A DNA stretch of 36,858 bases from a virus. Taxonomy: Duplodnaviria > Caudoviricetes. Of this stretch, positions 25,682 through 34,999 are shown piece after piece. Each line of letters opens with the position of its first letter. Position 1 is the stretch's first letter. The stretch is taken from the IMG/VR virus record IMGVR_UViG_3300017913_001829, positions 1 to 36,858 of that record; one strand, given 5' to 3'. A program made the translations under genes and the position numbers. The notes under the pieces were generated by a model that was not told where the DNA came from, did no database searches, and saw only the letters and a list, made by a program, of their open reading frames with translations.

Positions 25682-27772
25682 ATGGCATTGGGAATATTAG
25701 TTTTAATAACTGCCTTAACAATTTCGGCAGTAGCAATTTATTATAGTATAGCAGTCTTGGTAGCAATTTTTGCCGCGGCTGCTATACCTATCATTGTAAT
25801 GGGTACCGCACTAGAAATAGGTAAACTTGTAACTGCGGTTTGGTTACATCGATATTGGAAACACGCCACTTGGTGGTTGAAAACATATCTAACAACGGCA
25901 GTGGTTGTACTCATGTTTATAACAAGCATGGGTATTTTTGGTTTCTTATCAAAAGCACATATCGAACAAACAAGTGCAAGTGAAGAAAGTGTTGCACAGG
26001 TCCAACAGATTGATTCTGAAATAGGTAGACTGCAAGGTGTAATTGATCGTGCCGAACAGAAGATCAATAAACTTGAAAACAGTGGCACAGGTGCAGATGC
26101 TAACATTCAAGCACAGATTGACAAAGAGCAAGAGCGTATTGACAAAGCATTTGAACGTATACAACCTGCTATTGATCAACAGAATAAAATTATTGAAGAT
26201 GCTAGGGCAACAGACAACAATAGAACAAAGCCTTATGAAGATCAACTTACAAGTATTCAAAATGAAATATCAAGACTAGAAACAACTGCAAGAGAATACG
26301 AAGATAAGATTGCTAATCTAAAAGCAAATCAAGGTGCAGTTGATCCACTACTACAACAAATTAAAAAGATCGAAGAAGAAATTATCCGTGTTACCAATCA
26401 ACTTCAAAGTACAGAGAAATCACAGATTAGAGCAGGACAAGCGATCATAGGCGTTACAAGCGATGGATTGTTTGGAGGCAACACAAGAGAAGCTCTTGCT
26501 AAATGGGTAGCGGCACAACAAGAACGCATAAGCCAAATACAAGGTGAAGTTTCACAACTACGTAAAGACGCTACAACAACTGTAGACAAAGAACGTACAC
26601 GTTTGGCAGGCATTGTTAAAGATATTAGACAAACACAAATACCTGCATTGAAAGATAGAGAACTTACAATGCTAGGAAAAATTGACGAAGTACGTCAAAC
26701 AGAGTCTCCTGTGATACAAACTGCAAGAGATGAAATACAAAGACTAAGAAAGAGTGCTGAAGAACAGGTTGCAAACAGCCAAGCACTTATTGAACGTCTT
26801 AGAGGGCAACTGGCACAAACTGATAAAGCAGATGAAATAGATACGGCTGTTGATGAACAACTTGCACGTATTAAAACAAGCGAATCAGAAATAGATACAC
26901 TTACAGAAAAGAAATATGCCCTCCAAGCGGAATACAGAAAGCTAGAAGCTGAAGTAGGTCCAATCAAATATATCGCTGAATTTGTTTATGGCGAAGCGGC
27001 AGATAAGAATATACTAGAAGAAGCAGTACGCTGGGTAATTCTTATTATTATATTTGTATTTGATCCACTTGCAGTTCTATTGCTAATCGCAAGCCAGTAT
27101 ACCTTTGAGTTCGCACGTGGGCGCAAAGATGACGGCGGTGAACGTCTTCGGCGCGAATACGAACAACTAAGAGCCCAAAAAATTGTTGACAACCCTGGCT
27201 TTAATGTTGCTGATACAACACCTCCTGAAGAGGAGAAAGAAAACTGGCAAGAAGAAATAACTGGCAGTGATCTAGAAGATCTCAAAAAAGCAGAAAAAGA
27301 ATACGATATGACTCCTATGACTGAAGAGGAGGAATATGCAAATGCCGGAGTATCTAAAGAAGAAGCGCAACAAACAAATATTTCTGAGTATGAAAAAAGT
27401 TTAAACGTAGACGATGAAGAACCTCAGGAAGAACCAGTCGAAAAAAAAGATATAAAATTATCGGAAGAATTACAAGAGGAAAGAGCTAAAGAAGTTGAAT
27501 ACTACGATAGTCTAGAAAGCTGGACTAAAGCTAAACAACTGTGGAAAGAAAATAATCCACATGACAACCTTAAAACTTATAAAAAGGCATATATACGAGG
27601 GTTCATAGATAAACTTCCATGGGAAGAATATCTGCCAGAAGAAGTATTTGAGGATGAAGAATTTGTCGAAACACATATACCGAAGACCGAGGGCTACATA
27701 CAAAACGCAGAACAAAGCGACGATAGCATTTGGAAACGGATAAAAGATGATAAATCTGATAACACCGCCTGA
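25682..27772 (+). CDS. Large membrane-anchored coiled-coil protein with acidic tail
   Basis: Three N-terminal TM helices, ~330 aa coiled coil, TM segment (IIIFVFDPLAVLLLIA), E-rich C-terminus. Confidence 0.8.
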   Translation: MALGILVLITALTISAVAIYYSIAVLVAIFAAAAIPIIVMGTALEIGKLVTAVWLHRYWKHATWWLKTYLTTAVVVLMFITSMGIFGFLSKAHIEQTSASEESVAQVQQIDSEIGRLQGVIDRAEQKINKLENSGTGADANIQAQIDKEQERIDKAFERIQPAIDQQNKIIEDARATDNNRTKPYEDQLTSIQNEISRLETTAREYEDKIANLKANQGAVDPLLQQIKKIEEEIIRVTNQLQSTEKSQIRAGQAIIGVTSDGLFGGNTREALAKWVAAQQERISQIQGEVSQLRKDATTTVDKERTRLAGIVKDIRQTQIPALKDRELTMLGKIDEVRQTESPVIQTARDEIQRLRKSAEEQVANSQALIERLRGQLAQTDKADEIDTAVDEQLARIKTSESEIDTLTEKKYALQAEYRKLEAEVGPIKYIAEFVYGEAADKNILEEAVRWVILIIIFVFDPLAVLLLIASQYTFEFARGRKDDGGERLRREYEQLRAQKIVDNPGFNVADTTPPEEEKENWQEEITGSDLEDLKKAEKEYDMTPMTEEEEYANAGVSKEEAQQTNISEYEKSLNVDDEEPQEEPVEKKDIKLSEELQEERAKEVEYYDSLESWTKAKQLWKENNPHDNLKTYKKAYIRGFIDKLPWEEYLPEEVFEDEEFVETHIPKTEGYIQNAEQSDDSIWKRIKDDKSDNTA

Positions 27773-28118
27773 TATACTTTACAATCAAAACAAAAGCATT
27801 TTACTAGTACATCCTAGCAATGAGATAAAAGAACAACTCAATGACGTTCTTAAACATATAGAAATAGATGTGGATATCTATCTATATGAAAAAGAGGACG
27901 AAGAGAAATGGTTGTTGCAATTACATCGTATGTGCGACTATGTTGTGATTGATATAGACAACTGCCCCCAATATACCAAAAGTGTTGTAAGTTATTTGGT
28001 AAGTTTTCCAAACACTTTCTGGTTGACAAATGGGGAGCATATGTATTATAATAACATTAGTAATAAAAGAATATATAATCTTGACTGGATAGGAGGAAAA
28101 TTTGAGACGTCAAAATAG
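27747..28118 (+). CDS. Hypothetical protein
   Basis: 123 aa ORF overlapping both neighbours. Confidence 0.65.
   Translation: MINLITPPDILYNQNKSILLVHPSNEIKEQLNDVLKHIEIDVDIYLYEKEDEEKWLLQLHRMCDYVVIDIDNCPQYTKSVVSYLVSFPNTFWLTNGEHMYYNNISNKRIYNLDWIGGKFETSK
28023..28052 (+). promoter_or_regulatory. Internal sigma70-type promoter upstream of rpsU
   Basis: TTGACA-18-TATAAT inside the upstream CDS. Confidence 0.65.
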
Positions 28119-28344
28119 AGACTTTAAGCCATCCGAAGGACTTAGAGTAGAAGTACGAAACGGTGACTTCAATGGTGCGTTACGTAGGTTTAAGAAAAGA
28201 GTGCAAGAAGCAGGCATTATCCAAGAAATACGTGAACGCAAAGAATATGTTAAGCCAAGCGAAAAGAAGCGTAAAGCAAAAGCGGCAGGCAGAGCACGTT
28301 GGCTTAAGAAGCAAGCGAAACAAAAAAGAGAGCTAGGATATTAA
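28102..28344 (+). CDS. rpsU: Ribosomal protein bS21
   Basis: TTG start with AGGAGG SD; VEVRNGDFNGALRRFKK...EIRERKEYVKPSEKKR. Confidence 0.92.
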   Translation: MRRQNRDFKPSEGLRVEVRNGDFNGALRRFKKRVQEAGIIQEIRERKEYVKPSEKKRKAKAAGRARWLKKQAKQKRELGY

Positions 28345-28928
28345 TGGCACTACACACTGAAATGTGGTTTCCTACTCCTATATGGAGTGGTAAGATACAT
28401 ACAGTCAACAACATGGCCGTTGGTGATTATGCTAGACATCTTAAGATGAAAACACCCGGCGTACAAAAAAGTAACGCCGGCGGTTGGCAGAGTGATAGTG
28501 TACGCACAGGTGATGACAGCCAAATTGATATGTTGGTGACAGCACTTAATAATGAAATAGAACAGATTACTAAACAGACAGGATTGCCGCCTTTAGAATT
28601 ATATAATCTGTGGATAAACATAAATGGCAAAGGTTGCTACAATGTTGCACACGATCACATTGGTGCAGTGTTAACTGGAGTTTATTATGTTGAAGCAGAA
28701 GACAACCAAGGCAACATAAGATTTGACAGAAGCGATAGTGCAAGGTATTTCCTTCCTGAGATTCCAGCAGATATAAAACAGAATTATTTTAACAGTCAAG
28801 CATGTGAATATAAAAGTATTACAAACGCACTGTATATTTTCCCTGCATGGTTACAACATAGTGTTGGTGTAAACATGTCAGACAAAGAACGAATTAGTAT
28901 TAGCTTTAACTATGGAGTAAAACGTTGA
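28344..28928 (+). CDS. Putative 2OG-Fe(II) oxygenase (TIGR02466-like)
   Basis: [39 protein letters not shown] and RISISFN. Confidence 0.88.
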   Translation: MALHTEMWFPTPIWSGKIHTVNNMAVGDYARHLKMKTPGVQKSNAGGWQSDSVRTGDDSQIDMLVTALNNEIEQITKQTGLPPLELYNLWININGKGCYNVAHDHIGAVLTGVYYVEAEDNQGNIRFDRSDSARYFLPEIPADIKQNYFNSQACEYKSITNALYIFPAWLQHSVGVNMSDKERISISFNYGVKR

Positions 28929-30106
28929 GATTAGAAGAAGATATTAAACTAGACTACAAAGATGTTTTGATACGTCCTAAACGGTCAGTACTTTCTAGTA
29001 GACGTGAAGTGGATCTTCATAGAGGCTTTACTTTTCGTAATTACCAACCATTGTCTATGACAATGGAAGACATCCGTCCTAACGAAGTAAGACATTATAG
29101 GGGTGTTCCTATTATGGCTTCTAACATGGACGGCGTCGGTACTTTCGAAATAGCAGATGCATTAGGTGAACAAGGATTGTTTACATGTCTTGTTAAAACA
29201 TATGATGTGAACGAGCTTGTAAACTATTTTGATACACCAGCATTTCCAGACCGTAAAGAGTATACGGCTTATTCAATGGGAATACTTGACAAGGATCACG
29301 ATAAGTTCCGTAAGGTATACGAACAAGCACCAGATATCAAATATGTGTGTATTGACGTAGCAAACGGCTATTCAAATAGATTCCGTGATTTTGTTAAGCA
29401 ATTTAGAGAACTTTATCCGCACATAGTCATCATTGCTGGTAACGTTGTAACCGGTGAGATGACAGAGGAGTTAATACTTAGTGGAGCAGATATTGTTAAA
29501 GTGGGCATCGGTCCTGGGAGCGTTTGCACAACTCGTATTCAAACTGGCGTTGGTTATCCTCAGCTTAGTTCTGTTATTGAGTGCGCTGATGCTGCTCATG
29601 GTTTGGGTGGACATATTATCGCTGATGGAGGTTGTACAAGCCCTGGAGATGTCGCTAAAGCCTTTGCAGGCGGGGCAGACTTTGTAATGTTAGGCGGAAT
29701 GCTTGCAGGACATGATGAAGGCGGCGGAGAAGTAATCAGCAAATACTATAAAACAGGTGAATGGGTCAGAGAAGAACAAACACTTGACGGACAAACACAA
29801 TCCATAACATGGAAAGATGGAATAGATCGTAAACAGTTTGTTACATTCTACGGCATGAGCAGTAAGAGTGCTAACAACAAGCATTTTGGTGGACTAAAGG
29901 ACTATAGATCATCAGAAGGTAGAACTGTACTAGTACCCTATAGAGGTGCAATAGCGAATACTGTACAAGATATACTCGGAGGTATCCGTAGTGCTTGTAC
30001 GTATGCAGGTGCTGTAAGACTAAAGCATCTGTCAAGGTGTACAACTTTTATTAGATGTACACAAACCCACAATGGAGTCTATGAAAATAATACCATCGGC
30101 AACTAG
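28925..30106 (+). CDS. guaC: GMP reductase
   Basis: [44 protein letters not shown] and YRSSEG; no CBS domain. Confidence 0.93.
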   Translation: MRLEEDIKLDYKDVLIRPKRSVLSSRREVDLHRGFTFRNYQPLSMTMEDIRPNEVRHYRGVPIMASNMDGVGTFEIADALGEQGLFTCLVKTYDVNELVNYFDTPAFPDRKEYTAYSMGILDKDHDKFRKVYEQAPDIKYVCIDVANGYSNRFRDFVKQFRELYPHIVIIAGNVVTGEMTEELILSGADIVKVGIGPGSVCTTRIQTGVGYPQLSSVIECADAAHGLGGHIIADGGCTSPGDVAKAFAGGADFVMLGGMLAGHDEGGGEVISKYYKTGEWVREEQTLDGQTQSITWKDGIDRKQFVTFYGMSSKSANNKHFGGLKDYRSSEGRTVLVPYRGAIANTVQDILGGIRSACTYAGAVRLKHLSRCTTFIRCTQTHNGVYENNTIGN

Positions 30107-30121
30107 TGGGATAAATAACAT

Positions 30122-30202
30122 TGTACAGAGTAAGAGTTACTTTGTACTAGGATGCCGCAAGGATCCGACTAATATAAATCTTGCTTATTAAAGGAGAAAA
30201 AC
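30122..30202 (+). promoter_or_regulatory. Structured hsp20 5' leader, ROSE-like RNA thermometer
   Basis: Follows TAAATA (30112). Hairpins GTACAGAGTAA/TTACTTTGTAC and GGATGCC-GCAA-GGATCC, then TCTTGCTT pairing with SD AAGGAGA with a bulged G. Confidence 0.6.
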
Positions 30203-30664
30203 ATGACAAGACTAACAACTCTAGACTTACCCTCAATTCACAGACATTTTGTAGGATTCGATAACATCTTTAACGAGATGGAAACAATGTTCGAAAACAC
30301 AAAAAGTTCAGGGTACCCACCATACAACATTGCACAGATCAACGAAGATGAATATATGATTTCATTAGCAGTTGCAGGCTTTGGTATGGATAACCTATCA
30401 ATTGAAAAGGATAACAAAATCCTTAAAATTGAAGGCACTGCTCCTAAAGGAGACGAAAAGGTAAACTATCTACACAAAGGTATTGGCGGACGTTCATTCC
30501 GTAGAGAGTTTACACTTGCAGAACACGTTGAAGTGGCAGGTGCTAACCTAGAATTAGGTATGCTAAACATTCATTTGAAGCGTGAAGTTCCAGAAGAAAT
30601 GAAACCTAAGAAGATTGAAATCAACTCAGGTTCTACTATCGAAGGAACTGTTTCCGAGAAGTAA
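30203..30664 (+). CDS. Small heat shock protein Hsp20/IbpA
   Basis: YPPYNI, LAVAGF, YLHKGIGGRSFRREFTL and PEEMKPKKIEI. Confidence 0.95.
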   Translation: MTRLTTLDLPSIHRHFVGFDNIFNEMETMFENTKSSGYPPYNIAQINEDEYMISLAVAGFGMDNLSIEKDNKILKIEGTAPKGDEKVNYLHKGIGGRSFRREFTLAEHVEVAGANLELGMLNIHLKREVPEEMKPKKIEINSGSTIEGTVSEK

Positions 30665-30710
30665 ACAGTCTAGGGGGAGTGAAATACCTCCCCCACAACA
30701 AGGAGTAAAC

Positions 30711-31013
30711 ATGAGTGAAGTAGAAATTACTATTGATGAAAAGATTGAGCAGACAGTAATTGAACCTGCAAAATACAAAGTAATCTTTTTAAATGACAAT
30801 CAAACACCTATGGAATGGGTGGTTGAGATATTAAAACTTATTTTCAAACATTCTCAAAAGACTGCTGAAGATATTATGTTATCCATTCATAACAATGGTT
30901 CTGCCGTTGTTGGAATATATACTTATGAAATAGCTGAACAGAGATCTGTAGAAGCTACAACATTAAGCAGGGATAACGGATTTCCTTTGCAGATACAAGT
31001 AGAGAAAGAATGA
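30711..31013 (+). CDS. clpS: ATP-dependent Clp protease adaptor ClpS
   Basis: SD AAGGAG; YKVIFLNDNQTPMEWV, IHNNGSAVVG.Y.YEIAE and FPLQ. Confidence 0.9.
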   Translation: MSEVEITIDEKIEQTVIEPAKYKVIFLNDNQTPMEWVVEILKLIFKHSQKTAEDIMLSIHNNGSAVVGIYTYEIAEQRSVEATTLSRDNGFPLQIQVEKE

Positions 31014-31576
31014 GCAATTTAAAAGAACTTACCTGGGAACATCATCAAAACGCAGAAAGGCAACAGTTTGTTAAAGTCTTAATGAGTGGAAACATTCATC
31101 CAAGATTTTATGCAACCTATCTGTGGAATCAACATAAGAAATATGATGTACTAGAAGCAATGGCCGGCGCAGTTGGCTTGCTAGATGACTTACCTGATAT
31201 TAGACGTAAAAAGAAAATAGAACAAGATTTCTTAGAGCTTTGGGATCAAGATAATATGCCTGTACTTGTTGAAAGCACAGGTGAATATGTTAAACATATG
31301 AAAGACATCATAGGCGATAGTGAAAAACTAATGGCCCATGTTTACGTTTTGCATATGGGCGACCTTAGCGGTGGCCAAATGATTGCAAAGAAAGCACCTG
31401 GCAAAGGACGAATGTATCAATTCGATACTGATAAGGCCGCACTCAAAGAAGCAATACGTGCAAAGACAAATGATAACATGGCAGACGAAGCAAAGTTTGT
31501 ATTCAGTTCTGCAACACAACTATTCATAGAACTAATGGAGTTAACAGGTGAGCATTATTTGGGACAAACTGATTGA
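31010..31576 (+). CDS. hemO: Heme oxygenase
   Basis: LKELTWEHHQNAE (proximal His) and AHVYVLHMGDLSGGQMI. Confidence 0.9.
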   Translation: MSNLKELTWEHHQNAERQQFVKVLMSGNIHPRFYATYLWNQHKKYDVLEAMAGAVGLLDDLPDIRRKKKIEQDFLELWDQDNMPVLVESTGEYVKHMKDIIGDSEKLMAHVYVLHMGDLSGGQMIAKKAPGKGRMYQFDTDKAALKEAIRAKTNDNMADEAKFVFSSATQLFIELMELTGEHYLGQTD

Positions 31577-32240
31577 TTGCAAAGATGATATCATATCAAT
31601 CTTTGAAGAAAACGCAAAAGAAATACAAGAAGATGGGCTGGAATATTTTAATCGTCCAGACAGTGGTTGGATTAACCGTGTGTGGGCTAATGATAATGTT
31701 CGTAGAGCTCATATAGATGTAGTTGATGCCCGTGATACAAAGGGCTTGTGGATGATGCATGTTTGCATTTTTCCTACACTAGACAATCCAGCACCTATAT
31801 ATGGTTTCGATGTTATTGCAGGCAAAAATAAAATGACAGGTGCGTTTCATGACTTTTCACCTAGTTCAGATCCTGACCATCCTATGATACAAGGATACTA
31901 TGAAAGCGTAGATCATTTTGTTCCTGAGAAGCAACGTGAACTTCCTGAATGGGCAAAGAACATTTTTACAGGTAAAATGCTTGCGGCTGGTAATGTAAAA
32001 ACAGATGAAGAAGCAACAGAAATAATACAAATAGCTCTAAGCAATCTACATGCTTACTTTGAAGAAGTAGGAGAAACTAAAGGCGAAGGTGCTCCTGACT
32101 TAGTTGCTGCATGTCAAAACTACTATTGTGAAAACCAGCAAAAAAATCCACATACTGCGAATGTAATGAAAAGTCTAGGATTGCCAGAAGAGGATGTCGA
32201 CCGCTTCTGTACAGATATGTTATTCCCAAAGCTCGCATAA
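31548..32240 (+). CDS. pcyX: Ferredoxin-dependent bilin reductase, PcyX-like
   Basis: RRAHID, MMHVCIFP, PIYGFDVIAG, GAFHDFSP, RELPEWA..IF and QNYYCENQQKNPHT; directly after heme oxygenase. Confidence 0.85.
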   Translation: MSIIWDKLIDCKDDIISIFEENAKEIQEDGLEYFNRPDSGWINRVWANDNVRRAHIDVVDARDTKGLWMMHVCIFPTLDNPAPIYGFDVIAGKNKMTGAFHDFSPSSDPDHPMIQGYYESVDHFVPEKQRELPEWAKNIFTGKMLAAGNVKTDEEATEIIQIALSNLHAYFEEVGETKGEGAPDLVAACQNYYCENQQKNPHTANVMKSLGLPEEDVDRFCTDMLFPKLA

Positions 32241-32247
32241 ATACAGT

Positions 32248-33651
32248 ATGAGATTCCAAGAGTTTAAAAATATCACCGAAGCATCTGGCGTCTTTAATAG
32301 ACAAGCTGGACAAATGTTCCGTCATCCAGATACAAACCATGAACTAGAGTTTGTAAAGATTGTTGCATATCCAAGTGATGCAGAACAGTTTGATGACGTA
32401 GCGGCACGTGATGCGGCTATTGAGCAACTCAATCAAAGTTTAGATATTTCTATTGAATGGACTAATGTTCCTAACAGTGGAACATTGGCTTTTGGACTTG
32501 CATATTTAAAAGAACCGCTAGACAGCAGTGGCAAGGAATCAACACACATCTTTGGTAGATACTTTAAAAAGATGAGTATGGCAGGATTGCCTGCAAACTG
32601 GAACAGCAAAGACTTCCATGGATACAGGCTACAAACAGGCGCGGCAAGTAAATTGCAACAGGGCCTAATGCCACAAGATATACTTGGCTTAGAAGAAAAG
32701 CGTTATCGCGGTCTTGACAGCCTAATGAATGCTGTACGTGCAAATCTAAAAGACAAGCCAGGAGTGCTTGAAGGATTTGAAACTGTAGCACAAGGCACAT
32801 TGCCAGCAGTATTTCCAGGACAGCGTAACATAGGTGCAGCAATACGTGATTATGCAGGTGAAGTTCTACAGCCTATTGCTATCATGAGTGGAGCAAATGT
32901 AGGACAAGGTGTAAAAGCGGCAAAACAAGATCTTATTCCAAATCAAAATTGGAGCGAACTAGATCTATTTTGGCCATCAGGTAAAAACCATGCACTAGTT
33001 GATAGTGTGTTTGTAAGAGATGATGGACTTGAAATAGGAATCAGTTCTAAAGGCAAGTCGGGTGCAGACGCAAGCATGAAGAACATCCAAGATGCTATTA
33101 AGAAAGCAAAAACAAGTTCACCTGGATTGCTAACTGCACACGATGATGTTGTCAATATAGTAAACATTATAGATCAAAACTCAGCTGAAGAAGGTCCATT
33201 AGTAGTTGCAGAAGAAATAGACATGCTTACACCTGCAACAACAGAATTCATTCGCAAAATGAAAACTACTGCAATGACAGTAGAAGACATCCAAAAAGAA
33301 CACAATAAAAATCCACAGGTTATGGAAGTGTACCAATCATTTGGTGCAAAGTTAGATCATCAAAACTACAACATCTACTTCCATATGGTAACCAATGTTG
33401 CTAAAATGGTTGCACAAAAATTAAATGCTACATCAGGCTTTGGCGAAGGTATGATGGCATTTATGAAGCAAGCAAGTATCATTCAAGTTTATACACAGAT
33501 TGGTAACAAAGGTGATGACGTAAGTGTCACTGAGTTCAGAAGTGTTTATCCACCACAGTTTGAAGGTATAATACTTGTTAACGGATCTAAGAATTATGCT
33601 AGTACAAAAATATTTGGCAAATTAGCATTTAAAATGCCTGGCGGCAAATAA
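32248..33651 (+). CDS. Hypothetical protein with possible PD-(D/E)xK nuclease motif
   Basis: Start ATG 32248 (MRFQEFKNITEA), 4 nt after TAAATA; LVDSVF...IGISSK segment. Confidence 0.6.
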   Translation: MRFQEFKNITEASGVFNRQAGQMFRHPDTNHELEFVKIVAYPSDAEQFDDVAARDAAIEQLNQSLDISIEWTNVPNSGTLAFGLAYLKEPLDSSGKESTHIFGRYFKKMSMAGLPANWNSKDFHGYRLQTGAASKLQQGLMPQDILGLEEKRYRGLDSLMNAVRANLKDKPGVLEGFETVAQGTLPAVFPGQRNIGAAIRDYAGEVLQPIAIMSGANVGQGVKAAKQDLIPNQNWSELDLFWPSGKNHALVDSVFVRDDGLEIGISSKGKSGADASMKNIQDAIKKAKTSSPGLLTAHDDVVNIVNIIDQNSAEEGPLVVAEEIDMLTPATTEFIRKMKTTAMTVEDIQKEHNKNPQVMEVYQSFGAKLDHQNYNIYFHMVTNVAKMVAQKLNATSGFGEGMMAFMKQASIIQVYTQIGNKGDDVSVTEFRSVYPPQFEGIILVNGSKNYASTKIFGKLAFKMPGGK

Positions 33652-33719
33652 ACTTTTCAAAAAAAAAGATAAATAATTATGAAGCAGAGAAGGGCAAGCT
33701 TCATTTGGAGGGCAAATCA

Positions 33720-34181
33720 GTGAAACCGATTTTTTTAATAATCATTATTCTGGCCGCCGCGAATGCATCCGCCAGTGAAATGAATTGGAACTTTAAAAGT
33801 CCGGCATTCCATTATGGAAACGGCTATTCAACACACGTTCTAACTACAGAACAATTACTACACAATCGCAAAGAAGATGTGCGTAAAGAAGCGGAAGCAG
33901 AAGCCAATCGCATCGAACGTGAATTAGAAAACACTACCCTATCCAAATTTGTTAAAAACGTAGAGTCAAGAATTTATGCTACACTATCAAAGCAAATGGT
34001 TGACGCTATGTTTGAAGATTGTTCTACAAGTTGTGCTACGACAGGTACAGCAGAAATCGAAGGTTCAACTATTACTTGGGAAAAAGATACTACTACAGGT
34101 ATGATAAGTCTTCAAGTTGTAGAAGAAGATGGAACAGTCACAAAAATTGAAATACCAGGATCAGGGGAGTTTAATTTCTAG
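33720..34181 (+). CDS. csgF: Curli assembly protein CsgF-like
   Basis: GTG start with GGAGG SD; signal peptide followed by SEMNWNFKSPAF.YGN; adjacent to csgG. Confidence 0.8.
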   Translation: MKPIFLIIIILAAANASASEMNWNFKSPAFHYGNGYSTHVLTTEQLLHNRKEDVRKEAEAEANRIERELENTTLSKFVKNVESRIYATLSKQMVDAMFEDCSTSCATTGTAEIEGSTITWEKDTTTGMISLQVVEEDGTVTKIEIPGSGEFNF

Positions 34182-34987
34182 TGTTTAGAATTGCAAGTTT
34201 ATTAATTTTAGTATCTATGTTAACTGCTTGTGCAATGCCTGGCAGTATCAAAACAATAAATGAGGCAGATCCTATGCCAACGGTACAGAGATCTCCTATA
34301 CCCGAAATGCTTGCGGGAGTGCCGCCAATTGACGGCAAAAAGATTACTATCGCAGTATACGGATTTACAGACAAAACAGGACAACGTAAACCATCAGAAA
34401 CAACATCTAATCTAAGTTCAGCAGTTACACAAGGTGCTGAAGTTTGGGTTATCAAAGCACTACAAGAAGTAGGCAATGAAGGATGGTTTGAAGTTGTAGA
34501 AAGAATTGGACTAGATAATCTAGTGAAAGAGAGACAGCTCATTCGTAACACGAGGGAAGTTTACGAAAAGGAGCTAAAAAGCGGACCAACACCCCTAAAG
34601 CCAATGTTATTTGCTGGCTTAGTATTAGAGGGCGGAATAGTAGGCTATGATGCAAACACGGCTACTGGGGGTGTTGGTGCTCGCTATTTAGGAATTGGTA
34701 CTCAAACCGAATATAGAGTTGACACTGTCACTGTTGTGATGAGGCTTGTAAGTGTTAGCACAGGTAGAGTATTAATGAGTGTAGCAACTCAAAAAACTAT
34801 AGCAAGCCATAGATCCGGAGCGGATATATTTAAGTTCTTTGATATGGGAACTAAACTGGTAGAGTCAGAGACTGGCTTTTCAGTAAATGAGCCAGTAAAC
34901 TACGCCGTTAGGGCAGCCATTGAGGCAGGTGTAGTGGAACTGGTATATGAAGGAGAAAGAAAGGAACTTTGGCAGTTCCGTAACTAA
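34181..34987 (+). CDS. csgG: Curli secretion channel lipoprotein CsgG
   Basis: Lipobox LTAC; AVYGFTDKTGQRK, SSAVTQGA, WFEVVERIGLDNLVKERQLIR and GGVGARYLGIG. Confidence 0.95.
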   Translation: MFRIASLLILVSMLTACAMPGSIKTINEADPMPTVQRSPIPEMLAGVPPIDGKKITIAVYGFTDKTGQRKPSETTSNLSSAVTQGAEVWVIKALQEVGNEGWFEVVERIGLDNLVKERQLIRNTREVYEKELKSGPTPLKPMLFAGLVLEGGIVGYDANTATGGVGARYLGIGTQTEYRVDTVTVVMRLVSVSTGRVLMSVATQKTIASHRSGADIFKFFDMGTKLVESETGFSVNEPVNYAVRAAIEAGVVELVYEGERKELWQFRN

Positions 34988-34999
34988 GAGGGCAACAAT

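Noticed and set aside
27438-27485. A8 run (GAA AAA AAA GAT) as a second frameshift site
   Set aside because: The main frame continues normally and the -1 frame stops after about 13 codons.
28925-30106. IMP dehydrogenase (guaB)
   Set aside because: SNMDGVG, DVANGY and YRSSEG motifs and the lack of CBS domains fit GMP reductase.
30673-30694. GGGGGAG/CTCCCCC hairpin as an intrinsic terminator
   Set aside because: No U tract follows; it is more likely a stabilising or processing stem between hsp20 and clpS.
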